The notes beneath the pieces were generated by a model. It did no database searches, was not told where the DNA came from, and was given only the letters and a program-made list of their open reading frames with translations. 64,000 nt of DNA from the IMG/VR virus record IMGVR_UViG_3300037069_000805, positions 1-64,000 of that record. The stretch is one strand, 5' to 3'. This DNA is from a virus. Made by a program: the position numbers and the translations under genes. This document shows positions 1 through 9,021 of this stretch, in pieces. Positions within the stretch are counted from its first letter, which is position 1, and each line of letters begins with the position of its first letter.

Positions 1-54
1 TATATTCCAACACTGAATTGTTGGACAAGTAAATTTTTTATTAACTAAATTATT

Positions 55-162
55 ATGAAGAAACTATTATTTATACTATTTATAGTATTAACAACATCAT
101 GTGCATCCAAAGGAGGCAACATACATAAGTATAATTGTCATTGTAAATCTAAAACAGTATGA
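55..162 (+). CDS. tiny predicted lipoprotein (35 aa)
   Basis: Hand translation MKKLLFILFIVLTTSC-ASKGGNIHKYNCHCKSKTV: basic N-terminus, hydrophobic core, lipobox-like TTSC. Below the ORF-track cutoff. Confidence 0.55.
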   Translation: MKKLLFILFIVLTTSCASKGGNIHKYNCHCKSKTV

Positions 163-533
163 TAACAATATTATTAATTATTCTAATAGTAATTATATTA
201 GATAATAAATATAACAAATGAGTGAGAATTGAATATAAATTATTAAATGAGATGTTAAACAACTTAGCTAATAAGATTATAATTGATTTTCTGAAACTTT
301 GAAATATACACTAATATATAATATCTAAATGATCTTCGTACGTGAATTCATTTAGTATCTGTCAGACTCAGATATATTATTTAAATAGAAGTAAATCTTG
401 TTTGTTATATTTTATAATATTAGAAGTTTTTTAAATAACTAAAACAAAAACAAAATGAAAACAACTAAAAATGAAATATGGAATCCTGTTAATAAACATG
501 GTAACCCAGAAGATATTGATTAAATCTTAAATT

Positions 534-686
534 ATGAAAAAATTAATATTATTAGTAATATTATCATTCACAACATCATGTTCAACATGTAATGTTAAAA
601 TAAAGAAAACTAACCCTAAAATAACTATTTATGAACGTATTTATACCTTGGTTGTTTTTTATAGTATTTATACTAACCCTAAGTAA
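534..686 (+). CDS. tiny predicted lipoprotein (50 aa), paralogous signal to 55..162
   Basis: Hand translation begins MKKLILLVILSFTTSC-STCNVK; shares the DNA word ACAACATCATGT with 55..162. Confidence 0.5.
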   Translation: MKKLILLVILSFTTSCSTCNVKIKKTNPKITIYERIYTLVVFYSIYTNPK

Positions 687-776
687 ACCATCAAAACCTA
701 AAAACTTTAAAATTAAGTTTAAAAAATCTAAAAAAGATGTTACTAATTAGAATATATATAATTATAATAATATTAT

Positions 777-1025
777 GTGTATTATTTGAAGATAATATTA
801 ACAATTAAATTTAACATTATGAAACCTACTAAAACATATTATGATAGAAATCAAACAATGTGGGAATATTGGCTTATTACAAGTATAATTATATTCTTAT
901 GTTATTTCTTTATTGGTACATTGCCTAATAGTATAAAAGAATTTCCTAATTGGTTAATATTCTTTTTATTATCAGTAATAAATTTAACTATATGTATTTT
1001 TAAAGGAATACAAACTAAATATTAA
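777..1025 (+). CDS. small membrane protein (2 TM), hypothetical
   Basis: ORF track; two hydrophobic stretches; likely true start at the internal MKPTK. Confidence 0.55.
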   Translation: MYYLKIILTIKFNIMKPTKTYYDRNQTMWEYWLITSIIIFLCYFFIGTLPNSIKEFPNWLIFFLLSVINLTICIFKGIQTKY

Positions 1026-1712
1026 CAATATATAATATAAAAATAAATATTATATAATAATAAAATTAAAATGAAAACTATTTATAAAATCCTAAAATCT
1101 TTAGGTCAGGGTGCTGGACACGCAATGAGAAACTAATTTAAAACAATAATTATGGTAATATTTATAATAATTCTTATTATATGTGCTATTGTATGGATAT
1201 TACAACCAGCAATAAATGCATCAGCTGAGGTTAAAATAACTTCAGAAGAAAAAGAAGACAAAGGTCATTTAACTGACCATATTAATTCAGTGGTAAATCC
1301 ACCAAAAAGAAAAAGAAAACAAAAGAAATAATATTATGGGAACAGCATGCATTTTAATAGGTTTACTTATATTCCTTCTTGTATCAGCTGTTAACTTCAG
1401 CCATACAGAACATGTTCATAGAAATACTCCTGAACATGAGAAATTAAAAGAAGTAAAAGAAAAGCCTAACTTAGAAACTAAACAAACTTTTAAGTTAGGT
1501 AAAACTAATAAATAACTAACAATTAAATTAAACATTATGAAAAATCAAGATCAAAACAAAGTAGTAAATTTAAATCAGAAATCTAAATCTCATTTTGAGA
1601 AAAAAGAAACTATCTTTAATGATAGAGATAGTATGAGGAATTACTTTCTTAATGAATTATCAAAAGTAAGGTTAATTAGAATGAATCTAAAACCTATTTT
1701 ATTCTTCACCTA

Positions 1713-1985
1713 ATGAAACTAAAATTATTTAGATATATAAAGTATAGATTATACAAATATATACCTGGTACGAGTCAATTAGCTGCTTTAGAAGCACAAA
1801 GACTTGGTAAATATCTATCTGAAAATTATACAGAAGGACAACAACTGATAATATTGGATGAATTACATAATAATATTTGTGAACATCGTAGAAAACAGAT
1901 AGAAGAAAAAGAACAATTGATTATAGATGAAAGTAATCATTTAAAATCATTACAAAACAATTTAGAAAAATTAATTAATAGGTAA
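1713..1985 (+). CDS. hypothetical protein with C-terminal coiled coil
   Basis: ORF track; start overlaps the stop of an upstream 58-aa ORF (1537..1713). Confidence 0.6.
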   Translation: MKLKLFRYIKYRLYKYIPGTSQLAALEAQRLGKYLSENYTEGQQLIILDELHNNICEHRRKQIEEKEQLIIDESNHLKSLQNNLEKLINR

Positions 1986-2215
1986 AATGGTCACATAATG
2001 ATTATATCTTATTTATTGTCTTAATATATATTAGTTTCGATTAATATATAGGTATAATAAAGCATTGAGATATAGTGGTATTCTTGCACTAGCCACAAGA
2101 TTATTAATTAAATAGGTAAAGTATGAATATTTTATTATAACCCACGTTATGGTAATTATAATATTTTGGATTACTTTACCTCTTTTCTAAATTATAAAAT
2201 AACTAATTAAATATT

Positions 2216-2563
2216 ATGAAAAATTTAAAAGTAACAAAAGTAAATATTGATCAAATTCTATTTGATAATGGTGTAATATTAACTTCTGATCATTATCAAG
2301 ATTGTTGTGAAAATCATTATTTATCAATGTCTGATTTAACACTTAAGGATTTTGAAGGATTAGAATTTGATTTATCAAATGATAACTTTTTCAATAGAAT
2401 TGATGGTTATGGTATTGAATTAATACCAATTAAAGGTCATTCTGTTAAAATACCAGGATATGGAGAAAATAATGGATATTACTCATCAAATTTAAAATTA
2501 GTATTATCTGGTAATAAAGATTATAATAAAGAATTTGATATAACAGAATGTCAAAATTATTAA
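2216..2563 (+). CDS. conserved phage hypothetical protein
   Basis: HYQDCCE and NNGYYS motifs typical of a widespread small phage protein family. Confidence 0.65.
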   Translation: MKNLKVTKVNIDQILFDNGVILTSDHYQDCCENHYLSMSDLTLKDFEGLEFDLSNDNFFNRIDGYGIELIPIKGHSVKIPGYGENNGYYSSNLKLVLSGNKDYNKEFDITECQNY

Positions 2564-2571
2564 ATTAAAAC

Positions 2572-2708
2572 AATCTATTTTTCTGGTAGTTGTAGCTACG
2601 AAGTCCCAGTAATAGATTATGGCTTTATAGAGTGGTCTAATTAACTCTTGTAGCTTCAGTAACTTATCGGGTTAGACGTGATTGTATCTTACCTAACCCT
2701 TGTTACTG
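2572..2708 (+). ncRNA. intergenic structured RNA candidate
   Basis: Stems AATCTATT/AATAGATT, CTGG/CCAG, AGAGT/ACTCT, CAGTAAC/GTTACTG and GGGTTAG/CTAACCC; possible pseudoknot AGCTAC/GTAGCT. Confidence 0.45.
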
Positions 2709-2729
2709 TTGATTAACTAATTAAGTATT

Positions 2730-2939
2730 ATGGAAAATAATGAAAAAATAACAATAGATAATGAAGTTTATGAATATTCTAAATTTTATGATAGATTACA
2801 GATCATTAATGATGATTCAAATAAACCAGGAATAATATGTCCAAAATGTTTAAATACACTTTTTACTATTACATATGGAGATTATAAATGTATAGCGAAT
2901 TGTAAATGTGGTCACAGTATGACTGTTTACGATGGTTAA
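2730..2939 (+). CDS. small zinc-ribbon protein
   Basis: CPKC...CKCGH motif. Confidence 0.6.
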   Translation: MENNEKITIDNEVYEYSKFYDRLQIINDDSNKPGIICPKCLNTLFTITYGDYKCIANCKCGHSMTVYDG

Positions 2940-3184
2940 ATTATAAATTAAAAAATAAATAAATTATGAAACACTCATACAATCAACTTATGAATTGGAT
3001 TAGTTCCAATAAGAAAGATACTTATGTATCTCTTACAGAATACAAATAGGAATCTAAATGATTCTAATTGGAAGCACCAGCCATCAATTGGTGCCCTAAT
3101 ATTTATTTATAAATATTTTGTAAGGTGACACCATCTTCAAAGGTGTATCAGATGTGGAAAGTAGAGTACTGTCTGATTGTCGTT

Positions 3185-3277
3185 AGGTGAGTAAATAACT
3201 GGTAATGAATATGGACGTTTATGCCATATTAATGTGATAGACACGGGCGTGTTCTATTTGGTTCGACTCCCACCTCA
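3185..3277 (+). ncRNA. degenerate tRNA-like element
   Basis: AGGTG/CACCT terminal pairing, two internal hairpins, GGTTCGACTCC T-loop, ends in ACCTCA like the next two elements. Confidence 0.3.
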
Positions 3278-3290
3278 TCGTGTAATTATA

Positions 3291-3359
3291 GGTAAGGGTA
3301 CATGAGTTAGTACTACTTATTGCCAACAATAAGGGAGGGTTCGAGTCCCTCTCTTACCT
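3291..3359 (+). ncRNA. non-canonical tRNA-like RNA
   Basis: Acceptor GGTAAGG/TCTTACC, D-like arm GTAC-ATGAGTTA-GTAC, central stem CTTATTG/CAATAAG with a 4-nt loop, perfect T arm GAGGG-TTCGAGT-CCCTC. Confidence 0.65.
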
Positions 3360-3395
3360 CAAAGATTAATATCTAAAGAAACTCAATCCGAGTGT

Positions 3396-3467
3396 GGTAG
3401 AATATGAGTAATTTAAAGGCTGGACGTAGTCGCCTTGTTGTGTAAGGTTCGATTCCTTCGTCTACCT
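3396..3467 (+). ncRNA. non-canonical tRNA-like RNA
   Basis: GGTAGA/TCTACC acceptor, ATGAGT D-loop word, AAGGC/GCCTT central stem, AAGG-TTCGATT-CCTT T arm. Confidence 0.5.
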
Positions 3468-3506
3468 CAAATAAACTTCATAATGTTTATTTAGTAGTTA
3501 GTTAAA

Positions 3507-3569
3507 GTGTGGGTGAGAGTTATTGAACCCGATTAAAAGGGAGCGTTTAGCTGTTAACCCACATTTTTT
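3507..3569 (+). terminator. long-loop hairpin with U tract after the tRNA-like cluster
   Basis: GTGTGGGT...ACCCACAT followed by a T run. Confidence 0.45.
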
Positions 3570-3757
3570 ATTATAAATTTAAAAAATAAATATTATGTTT
3601 AAAAGAGTAAAACAAGGTTACAAAGTAACTAAATTAGAATTTTGGTTATATAAACAATATAAAAGATTACCAATTTATATATGTATAATATTTATAATTA
3701 TATTCTTATATTTTTGGGTAAGAATTAGTATTAATTTTATTAAACAATATTGGTAAT

Positions 3758-4003
3758 ATGACAACAAAACAATGGATTAAAATATTACAAGATTTTGGAT
3801 TAGATTATTATAATCAATGTAATACATTTATTTGTGTTAAAGGTATAAATGGTCAAGTAACAATACTACATTCAAATCATCCAGATAATAAAATCTATGC
3901 AGTATCAACATTATTAACTCTAAAAGACCATATTAAACAAATGGGTAGAGATTCATTAAAAATGGAATTACATTCATTATTAGATATAACTAGACATGTA
4001 TAA
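3758..4003 (+). CDS. hypothetical protein
   Basis: ORF track; co-oriented with the early region. Confidence 0.55.
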   Translation: MTTKQWIKILQDFGLDYYNQCNTFICVKGINGQVTILHSNHPDNKIYAVSTLLTLKDHIKQMGRDSLKMELHSLLDITRHV

Positions 4004-4125
4004 TAATAAATATAACTATGAAGAAACATTTTGTAATTTACATTTTCCAACTGGAGAAATGATAACAGTACATATATGGAATATAATAGACCTTAATAGA
4101 GGCTTAAGATTAAATTAAAAAAATT

Positions 4126-4350
4126 ATGACAAATACACAAGTTTCATATTTTATTTATATAATAGGATATATTTTAAGTTTTATATTATGTAAAATTTTA
4201 AGAGATAAATCAAAAAGTAATAATTGGGATGATATTGTTTCGTCAGTATTTTTATCAATATTAAGTTGGTTTTTTATAATTCTTGTAGGAATTGTATATT
4301 TATTAGATTACTTAATGATAAAAAAACCTAAACCACCAAAATGGCTATGA
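4126..4350 (+). CDS. small membrane protein (2 TM)
   Basis: Two hydrophobic helices; C-terminal KPKPPKWL. Confidence 0.6.
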   Translation: MTNTQVSYFIYIIGYILSFILCKILRDKSKSNNWDDIVSSVFLSILSWFFIILVGIVYLLDYLMIKKPKPPKWL

Positions 4351-4443
4351 AAAAACTATTTGAGGCTTTACTAGATAGAGCTAAAGAAATTGAAAATAAA
4401 TGTAAAAAAGATCCTATTGAATTTATTGATAATAAATTAATGA

Positions 4444-4791
4444 ATGATTTTTATTTACAAGGTAAACATTATAAAATATCAGGATATTAATATAAAATCA
4501 ATAGAATTAAAAGAAGAACATAAATCTAAATTATTAGAAATGTGTAAAGAATTGTTTCCTGAATATCCAAATTTACAATTTGGAGTTAAAGAAAAACACA
4601 ATTGGTCTAAAGATTATTTAGTTTTTGGATTAATAGGTGATGAACCAATAATTCATTGGTTTGAATTTTGTATGAGATATTTATTACCAAAAGTATTTAA
4701 TAAGAAAAGAATAAAGTTAGATTGTACATTCGGAGAAGAATCAGATCTAATTGAAATAATTTATAAACAATTTAAAAAAATGAAAAAATGA
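4444..4791 (+). CDS. hypothetical protein, paralog of 6702..6992
   Basis: Shared KLLEM...LFP and HWFEFC motifs. Confidence 0.65.
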   Translation: MIFIYKVNIIKYQDINIKSIELKEEHKSKLLEMCKELFPEYPNLQFGVKEKHNWSKDYLVFGLIGDEPIIHWFEFCMRYLLPKVFNKKRIKLDCTFGEESDLIEIIYKQFKKMKK

Positions 4792-5246
4792 AAAAAATAA
4801 TATTATTAGTAGTTATAACAATGAGTCTTATATCTTGTATGAAAGATAATAATTCTGGATTATATCCAGAGAATAAATTAGTTACACAGCAACCTAAATT
4901 AGAAAATACATTAAAAGAAGGTGTAATTGTTGGGATAAGTAAAGTAGTTACTACACATGATAGTTCTAATGATAGAGCTGTTAATGGAGCCTTATTAGGA
5001 GGTGCTGCAAGCTATTTTTTATCTCGTAGACCATCTATTACCAAAACTTTAATAGGAGCTAGTACAGGAGCTGTAGTAGGTAAGACAACAGGTGGAGATA
5101 TTACGCAAACTACAAATTATATATTAACTATTAAGAATTTATCAGATAATAGTATTACACAAAAAGCAACAACATCGTCAGGATTTATGGTTAAAGATAC
5201 TATTAATTATGATGAATATAGTGATGTAATATTTAAGAAATCATGA
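4788..5246 (+). CDS. lipoprotein with glycine-zipper 2TM segment
   Basis: Signal MKKIILLVVITMSLIS-C; GALLGGAA...GASTGAVVG glycine zipper (SlyB/YcfJ-like layout). Confidence 0.7.
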   Translation: MKKIILLVVITMSLISCMKDNNSGLYPENKLVTQQPKLENTLKEGVIVGISKVVTTHDSSNDRAVNGALLGGAASYFLSRRPSITKTLIGASTGAVVGKTTGGDITQTTNYILTIKNLSDNSITQKATTSSGFMVKDTINYDEYSDVIFKKS

Positions 5247-5538
5247 AAGAACAACATTATTTAGATGATATGGAAGAAGACTGGATGAATGGTCATGTAG
5301 TAGCTTCTTAAATAAAGTAATTATGACTATACAAAAAGTTCATAGAATGTACCCACCAAATTATACTGGTGATAGTGTAAAAAAACTAAATGATTATTTA
5401 TTAGATGGTTGGAAAGTTGTAAGAGTTGATCCAATTTCTCATGATGGAAAAACTATTTATAATGATTATTTATTAGAAAAATAAAATTCAGTTATCGGTG
5501 GGCAAGTCTGAATTAAAATAAAATCTTGCCTATTTTAA

Positions 5539-5914
5539 GGGGGTGACAGGTTTTGACATATAATTAATAGATATATAATTCAGCCAGAGAGATAACTGTA
5601 AACTAAGGTGAATTTAATAATAAACGGCAAAAATAACAAATCTGTTGGAAACAACACACAAGTTAGCGCAAATATGCGTGTAGTACATAACATCTTAAAC
5701 GGTGGTACTGAAGTGAGAAGTAATTCTCAGCCAATTGTTGCATTAGCAGCATAATATTAAGTTAAAGATTTCTTATTTAGATTAAAGTAAGTGGTGGAAT
5801 CACTAGGAAACTAGTTGACCTCGTGTATCTAAACACATAAATCTATAGTAAAGCTGTATATAAATTATATATTGAAGGTTGATATGGACCCGTTTTCAAT
5901 TAACGGCACCTCCA
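5539..5914 (+). ncRNA. ssrA: tmRNA (transfer-messenger RNA)
   Basis: 5' end GGGGGTGACAGGTTTTGAC; 3' end GGAC-CCGTT-TTCAATT-AACGG-CACCTCC-A; acceptor stem with G3:U wobble and discriminator A; tag frame 5626..5754 ends in ALAA-stop. Confidence 0.93.
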
Positions 5915-5995
5915 CTAACACGACTGTTACTAATTCATAGGGTTCCATGTGAAACTGCATAGAATTAGATTTTTTAATTAACTAATATAAATATT

Positions 5996-6358
5996 ATGAA
6001 AAGAAAATTTACATTTTATAAAGAAGATGGTATTTGGTTTATAAAACTTAAATATTGGTTAGGTCCTAAATGGATGTTAGCAATGGTGTGTGGTGCAGAT
6101 ATTTTATTAGAAAAATTAGCTGAAGGAAAACCTGAAGTTATATTAAGAATATCAACAAAACATTTCAATGAGTTTCATAGTGTCTTAACTAAAGAAAACT
6201 ATGATTTAAAATTATCTCAAGGAGCTGTATATAGAGGTGGTACATCAAGCGCTATTAATAATACAGTATTTAAATTTAATGAATTATGGTTATGTCCAGT
6301 TACATTATTTGTATTCGGAAGATATCCAGAAAAAATATTTTATGAAGTAATAAAATAA
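5996..6358 (+). CDS. DUF6717-like protein
   Basis: FYKE..WFI, LAMVCGAD.LL and LWLCPVTLFVFG.YP motifs. Confidence 0.7.
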   Translation: MKRKFTFYKEDGIWFIKLKYWLGPKWMLAMVCGADILLEKLAEGKPEVILRISTKHFNEFHSVLTKENYDLKLSQGAVYRGGTSSAINNTVFKFNELWLCPVTLFVFGRYPEKIFYEVIK

Positions 6359-6375
6359 ATTACTTTAAACTTATC

Positions 6376-6463
6376 GACTGATGTATGAGTTTAAACAGCT
6401 ATGGTGATAGCAGCAACTATCTTTTAAAAGTAACATAGTTAAGGTTCGAATCCTTATCAGTCA
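6376..6463 (+). ncRNA. non-canonical tRNA-like RNA
   Basis: Acceptor GACTGAT/ATCAGTC plus A, ATGAGT D-loop word, extended central arm CTATG/CATAG enclosing GATAG/CTATC, T arm AAGG-TTCGAAT-CCTT. Confidence 0.6.
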
Positions 6464-6493
6464 CAAAAATTAATAACTAAAATAACAAAAATT

Positions 6494-6697
6494 ATGAATA
6501 TTAAAAAATGGATTAAAATTGAATATAAAGATGGTGATCGAAACAAAGTAAGATTTAATAAAGTAAAAGATATTGATTCTGTTAGTATAATAGATAATAT
6601 TGTTACTTTTACAAAAAAATCTGGTTTTCCACAAAAAAATAATGTTACTAATATCAAAGAAATATTTGATAAAGTAATAGTAAACAATTTAGCTTAA
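6494..6697 (+). CDS. hypothetical protein
   Basis: ORF track; in tight operon packing. Confidence 0.55.
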   Translation: MNIKKWIKIEYKDGDRNKVRFNKVKDIDSVSIIDNIVTFTKKSGFPQKNNVTNIKEIFDKVIVNNLA

Positions 6698-6701
6698 AGT
6701 T

Positions 6702-6992
6702 ATGGAATGTATACAATTAACAGCTAAAGATAAAGCTAAGTTGTTAGAAATGATATTAATATTGTTTCCTACGTGGAAATGTATTAAAATATCAGCATTA
6801 AATTATTTGTACTTTAGAAATATAGAAGGATTACCAGGAAGATTTCATTGGTTTGAATTTTGCATTACTAGAATAGGACCTAAATTAATTGATAAAGGTT
6901 TATCTATTAGTTTTGATGGAGATTATAATCCAATTCCTTATTTACATAGTGAATTCGTAAAAAAACAAGAAAATGCAACAGAAAAAGTATAA
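6702..6992 (+). CDS. hypothetical protein, paralog of 4444..4791
   Basis: KLLEM...LFP and FHWFEFC motifs. Confidence 0.65.
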   Translation: MECIQLTAKDKAKLLEMILILFPTWKCIKISALNYLYFRNIEGLPGRFHWFEFCITRIGPKLIDKGLSISFDGDYNPIPYLHSEFVKKQENATEKV

Positions 6993-7500
6993 ATTAATTA
7001 AATTATTACCATTTGAAAATAGTCCTAGAATAGGATATATTTCTAAACCTCACATTACACAAAATGATAATACACATTATTGTAATGGTATGTGGTTTAA
7101 ACCAGAAAATTATCCAGAATTTTGGGAAGAAGTAATTGAAAAAGATTATGAAATATTAAGTTATTATGAAAATAAAAATATTTTTACTATTGAAGATAAT
7201 TCGGAAATATTAGAGAGATTAGATTTTAAAATTAACTCAATCAGAAGATTATCTGATGGTGAAATTTTTACTATTGGTGATAAAGTAGATCATTTACCTA
7301 CAACTAATTTACCTGTTTATAAAAATGTAGAAATTACATCATTTATAATTTCAGGTGAAAAAATTGAAGTATATGGTAAGTATAATAGTTGTATGTCTGG
7401 TTATATATATTTAGAATTTTTATCTAAATGTAAAACTCCATTATTCACAACTGAACAAGTAAAAGAAATAGAAAATATAATAAAAAATATTATAAAATAA
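6973..7500 (+). CDS. conserved Bacteroidota phage hypothetical protein
   Basis: PENYPEFWEEV, KDYEILS and RRLSDGEIFTIGD motifs. Confidence 0.65.
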   Translation: MQQKKYKLIKLLPFENSPRIGYISKPHITQNDNTHYCNGMWFKPENYPEFWEEVIEKDYEILSYYENKNIFTIEDNSEILERLDFKINSIRRLSDGEIFTIGDKVDHLPTTNLPVYKNVEITSFIISGEKIEVYGKYNSCMSGYIYLEFLSKCKTPLFTTEQVKEIENIIKNIIK

Positions 7501-7949
7501 TGGCTATATATGTAAACTTTAAAAAACCAAGAACTATTAATGAATTTTTATTAATGTTTTATACTCAAAGAAATAATAATACACATCAATCAACAGCTGC
7601 TATTACATATTTTAATAATAAATGTACTATTGTACAATGTGATAAAATAAGAAGAAGCTTTGATGATTTATTAGAATTAGTACAGACATATTATCCTTCT
7701 ACTACACCAAAGATATTAATTGGTAAACTATTAAAATTAAAAATTCCAGAATATAATTCTATAATGTTAACAAATTGTGGAGGAATGAAAAGAATTAGAA
7801 TTTCTTATTTCGCACATAGTTCATATAAAACAAATTATGATAATGCAATAGGTATAAATAAATTAGATTCTAAATATTCATGGAAAGATTTATTAGACAT
7901 GATTGGAATAATGAATGAACAACAATATGAAAACTATATAAATAATTAA
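7500..7949 (+). CDS. hypothetical protein, Cys-containing paralog family A
   Basis: TY.N..CTIVQCD...RS motif shared with 11805..12230. Confidence 0.65.
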   Translation: MAIYVNFKKPRTINEFLLMFYTQRNNNTHQSTAAITYFNNKCTIVQCDKIRRSFDDLLELVQTYYPSTTPKILIGKLLKLKIPEYNSIMLTNCGGMKRIRISYFAHSSYKTNYDNAIGINKLDSKYSWKDLLDMIGIMNEQQYENYINN

Positions 7950-7959
7950 ATAAACAATT

Positions 7960-8229
7960 ATGAAAACAGAGAATACAAGAATAGTTTTTATCTATAATAA
8001 AGATAACTCTATTACAACTATTGTAAAAAATAGAAAAAATAATGAACCAATATTTGATCGTACAGTAAGATTAAGAGGTACTGATACACCAAATAAAATA
8101 GTAGGTAGAAGATTTGCTTTTGAAAAAGCTATGACTCATGCTCGTAAGTATAATGTACTACCTAAAACTGAAGTGACAGCTTTATGGAATGATTTTAGAT
8201 CTAATTTAAAACAACCATTAGGTAAATAA
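7960..8229 (+). CDS. hypothetical protein
   Basis: ORF track; D..NK.VGR..A motif seen in small phage proteins. Confidence 0.6.
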   Translation: MKTENTRIVFIYNKDNSITTIVKNRKNNEPIFDRTVRLRGTDTPNKIVGRRFAFEKAMTHARKYNVLPKTEVTALWNDFRSNLKQPLGK

Positions 8230-8450
8230 TGAAACAAACCTATGAAGAGTTACTTATAGCATTAGGAAATGCTAGAGTAAACGGTGGTAATGTAACTTAT
8301 CACTTTGCTGATGATACTAAAACAGTATCAAATATTAATAAAGAAGTATTTATTAATGAAAAAAATAATAGAGAAAGACCACTAGATGATGTTCTAGGAA
8401 TCTTAGATTCAATTAGACATGATTTAGGAGCAGTTTCTCTTGAATTGTAA
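8229..8450 (+). CDS. hypothetical protein
   Basis: ORF track; coupled to the upstream gene (TAATG). Confidence 0.6.
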   Translation: MKQTYEELLIALGNARVNGGNVTYHFADDTKTVSNINKEVFINEKNNRERPLDDVLGILDSIRHDLGAVSLEL

Positions 8451-8452
8451 TT

Positions 8453-8800
8453 GTGAAAACTCAAGATCAAATCAATAATGAAAATTTTAAATACATTATT
8501 GAAAATACTATATTAACAGTTAATATAATATTACAGAAATGGAAAATAGACAAAGATAATGAATTTAATAATAAAATTAAACTATTTAGGATTTGTTTTT
8601 CCAGATTCTTTTATAAGAAATATACTAAAGAAGTATATAATATACAAGAATCTAATCCATATTGTATAATTGATTACTATAAATTAATTAGTATTAATTT
8701 GAATATAAGTGATGAAGAATTAAAGAATAATAATATTATGATGGAATTTAATAATTTTATTAAAGATTTTGATTTCTTATATTTTAATGAAAAAAATTAA
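8453..8800 (+). CDS. hypothetical protein
   Basis: ORF track, GTG start. Confidence 0.5.
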   Translation: MKTQDQINNENFKYIIENTILTVNIILQKWKIDKDNEFNNKIKLFRICFSRFFYKKYTKEVYNIQESNPYCIIDYYKLISINLNISDEELKNNNIMMEFNNFIKDFDFLYFNEKN

Positions 8801-8822
8801 ATATAATTAAAATTTAAAAGTT

Positions 8823-9017
8823 ATGATGATTAAAGCAATAATAGCAATGTTATTAATAATATTATTAATTGCATTTTTTATAATAGTAACTTCATTTTTA
8901 ATAAGAATATCATTTCTATTAACAAGTGATATGGATAGTTTATGCTATGAAGATCAAAGAAGCAGAACAATTATATTGTTAAAACTGAGGAAACTTGGTA
9001 TAGTATTATATAAATAA
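8823..9017 (+). CDS. small single-TM membrane protein
   Basis: Long hydrophobic N-terminus. Confidence 0.55.
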   Translation: MMIKAIIAMLLIILLIAFFIIVTSFLIRISFLLTSDMDSLCYEDQRSRTIILLKLRKLGIVLYK

Positions 9018-9021
9018 ATTT

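Noticed and set aside
2114-2182. Long hairpin AGGTAAAGTA/TACTTTACCT as a distinct ncRNA
   Set aside because: The inverted repeat is real, but its interior is very AT-rich and it is adequately explained as a terminator or processing stem.
3291-3359. Canonical tRNA-Gly(GCC)
   Set aside because: TTGCCAA is present, but the flanks do not pair in that register; the real stem leaves a 4-nt loop, and the D and variable connectors are non-canonical.
1-6500. CRISPR array or regular direct-repeat array in the early region
   Set aside because: Only short AT-rich leader similarities before ATGs were seen (e.g. TAACAATTAAATT.AACATTATGAAA near 799 and 1517); no regularly spaced repeats.
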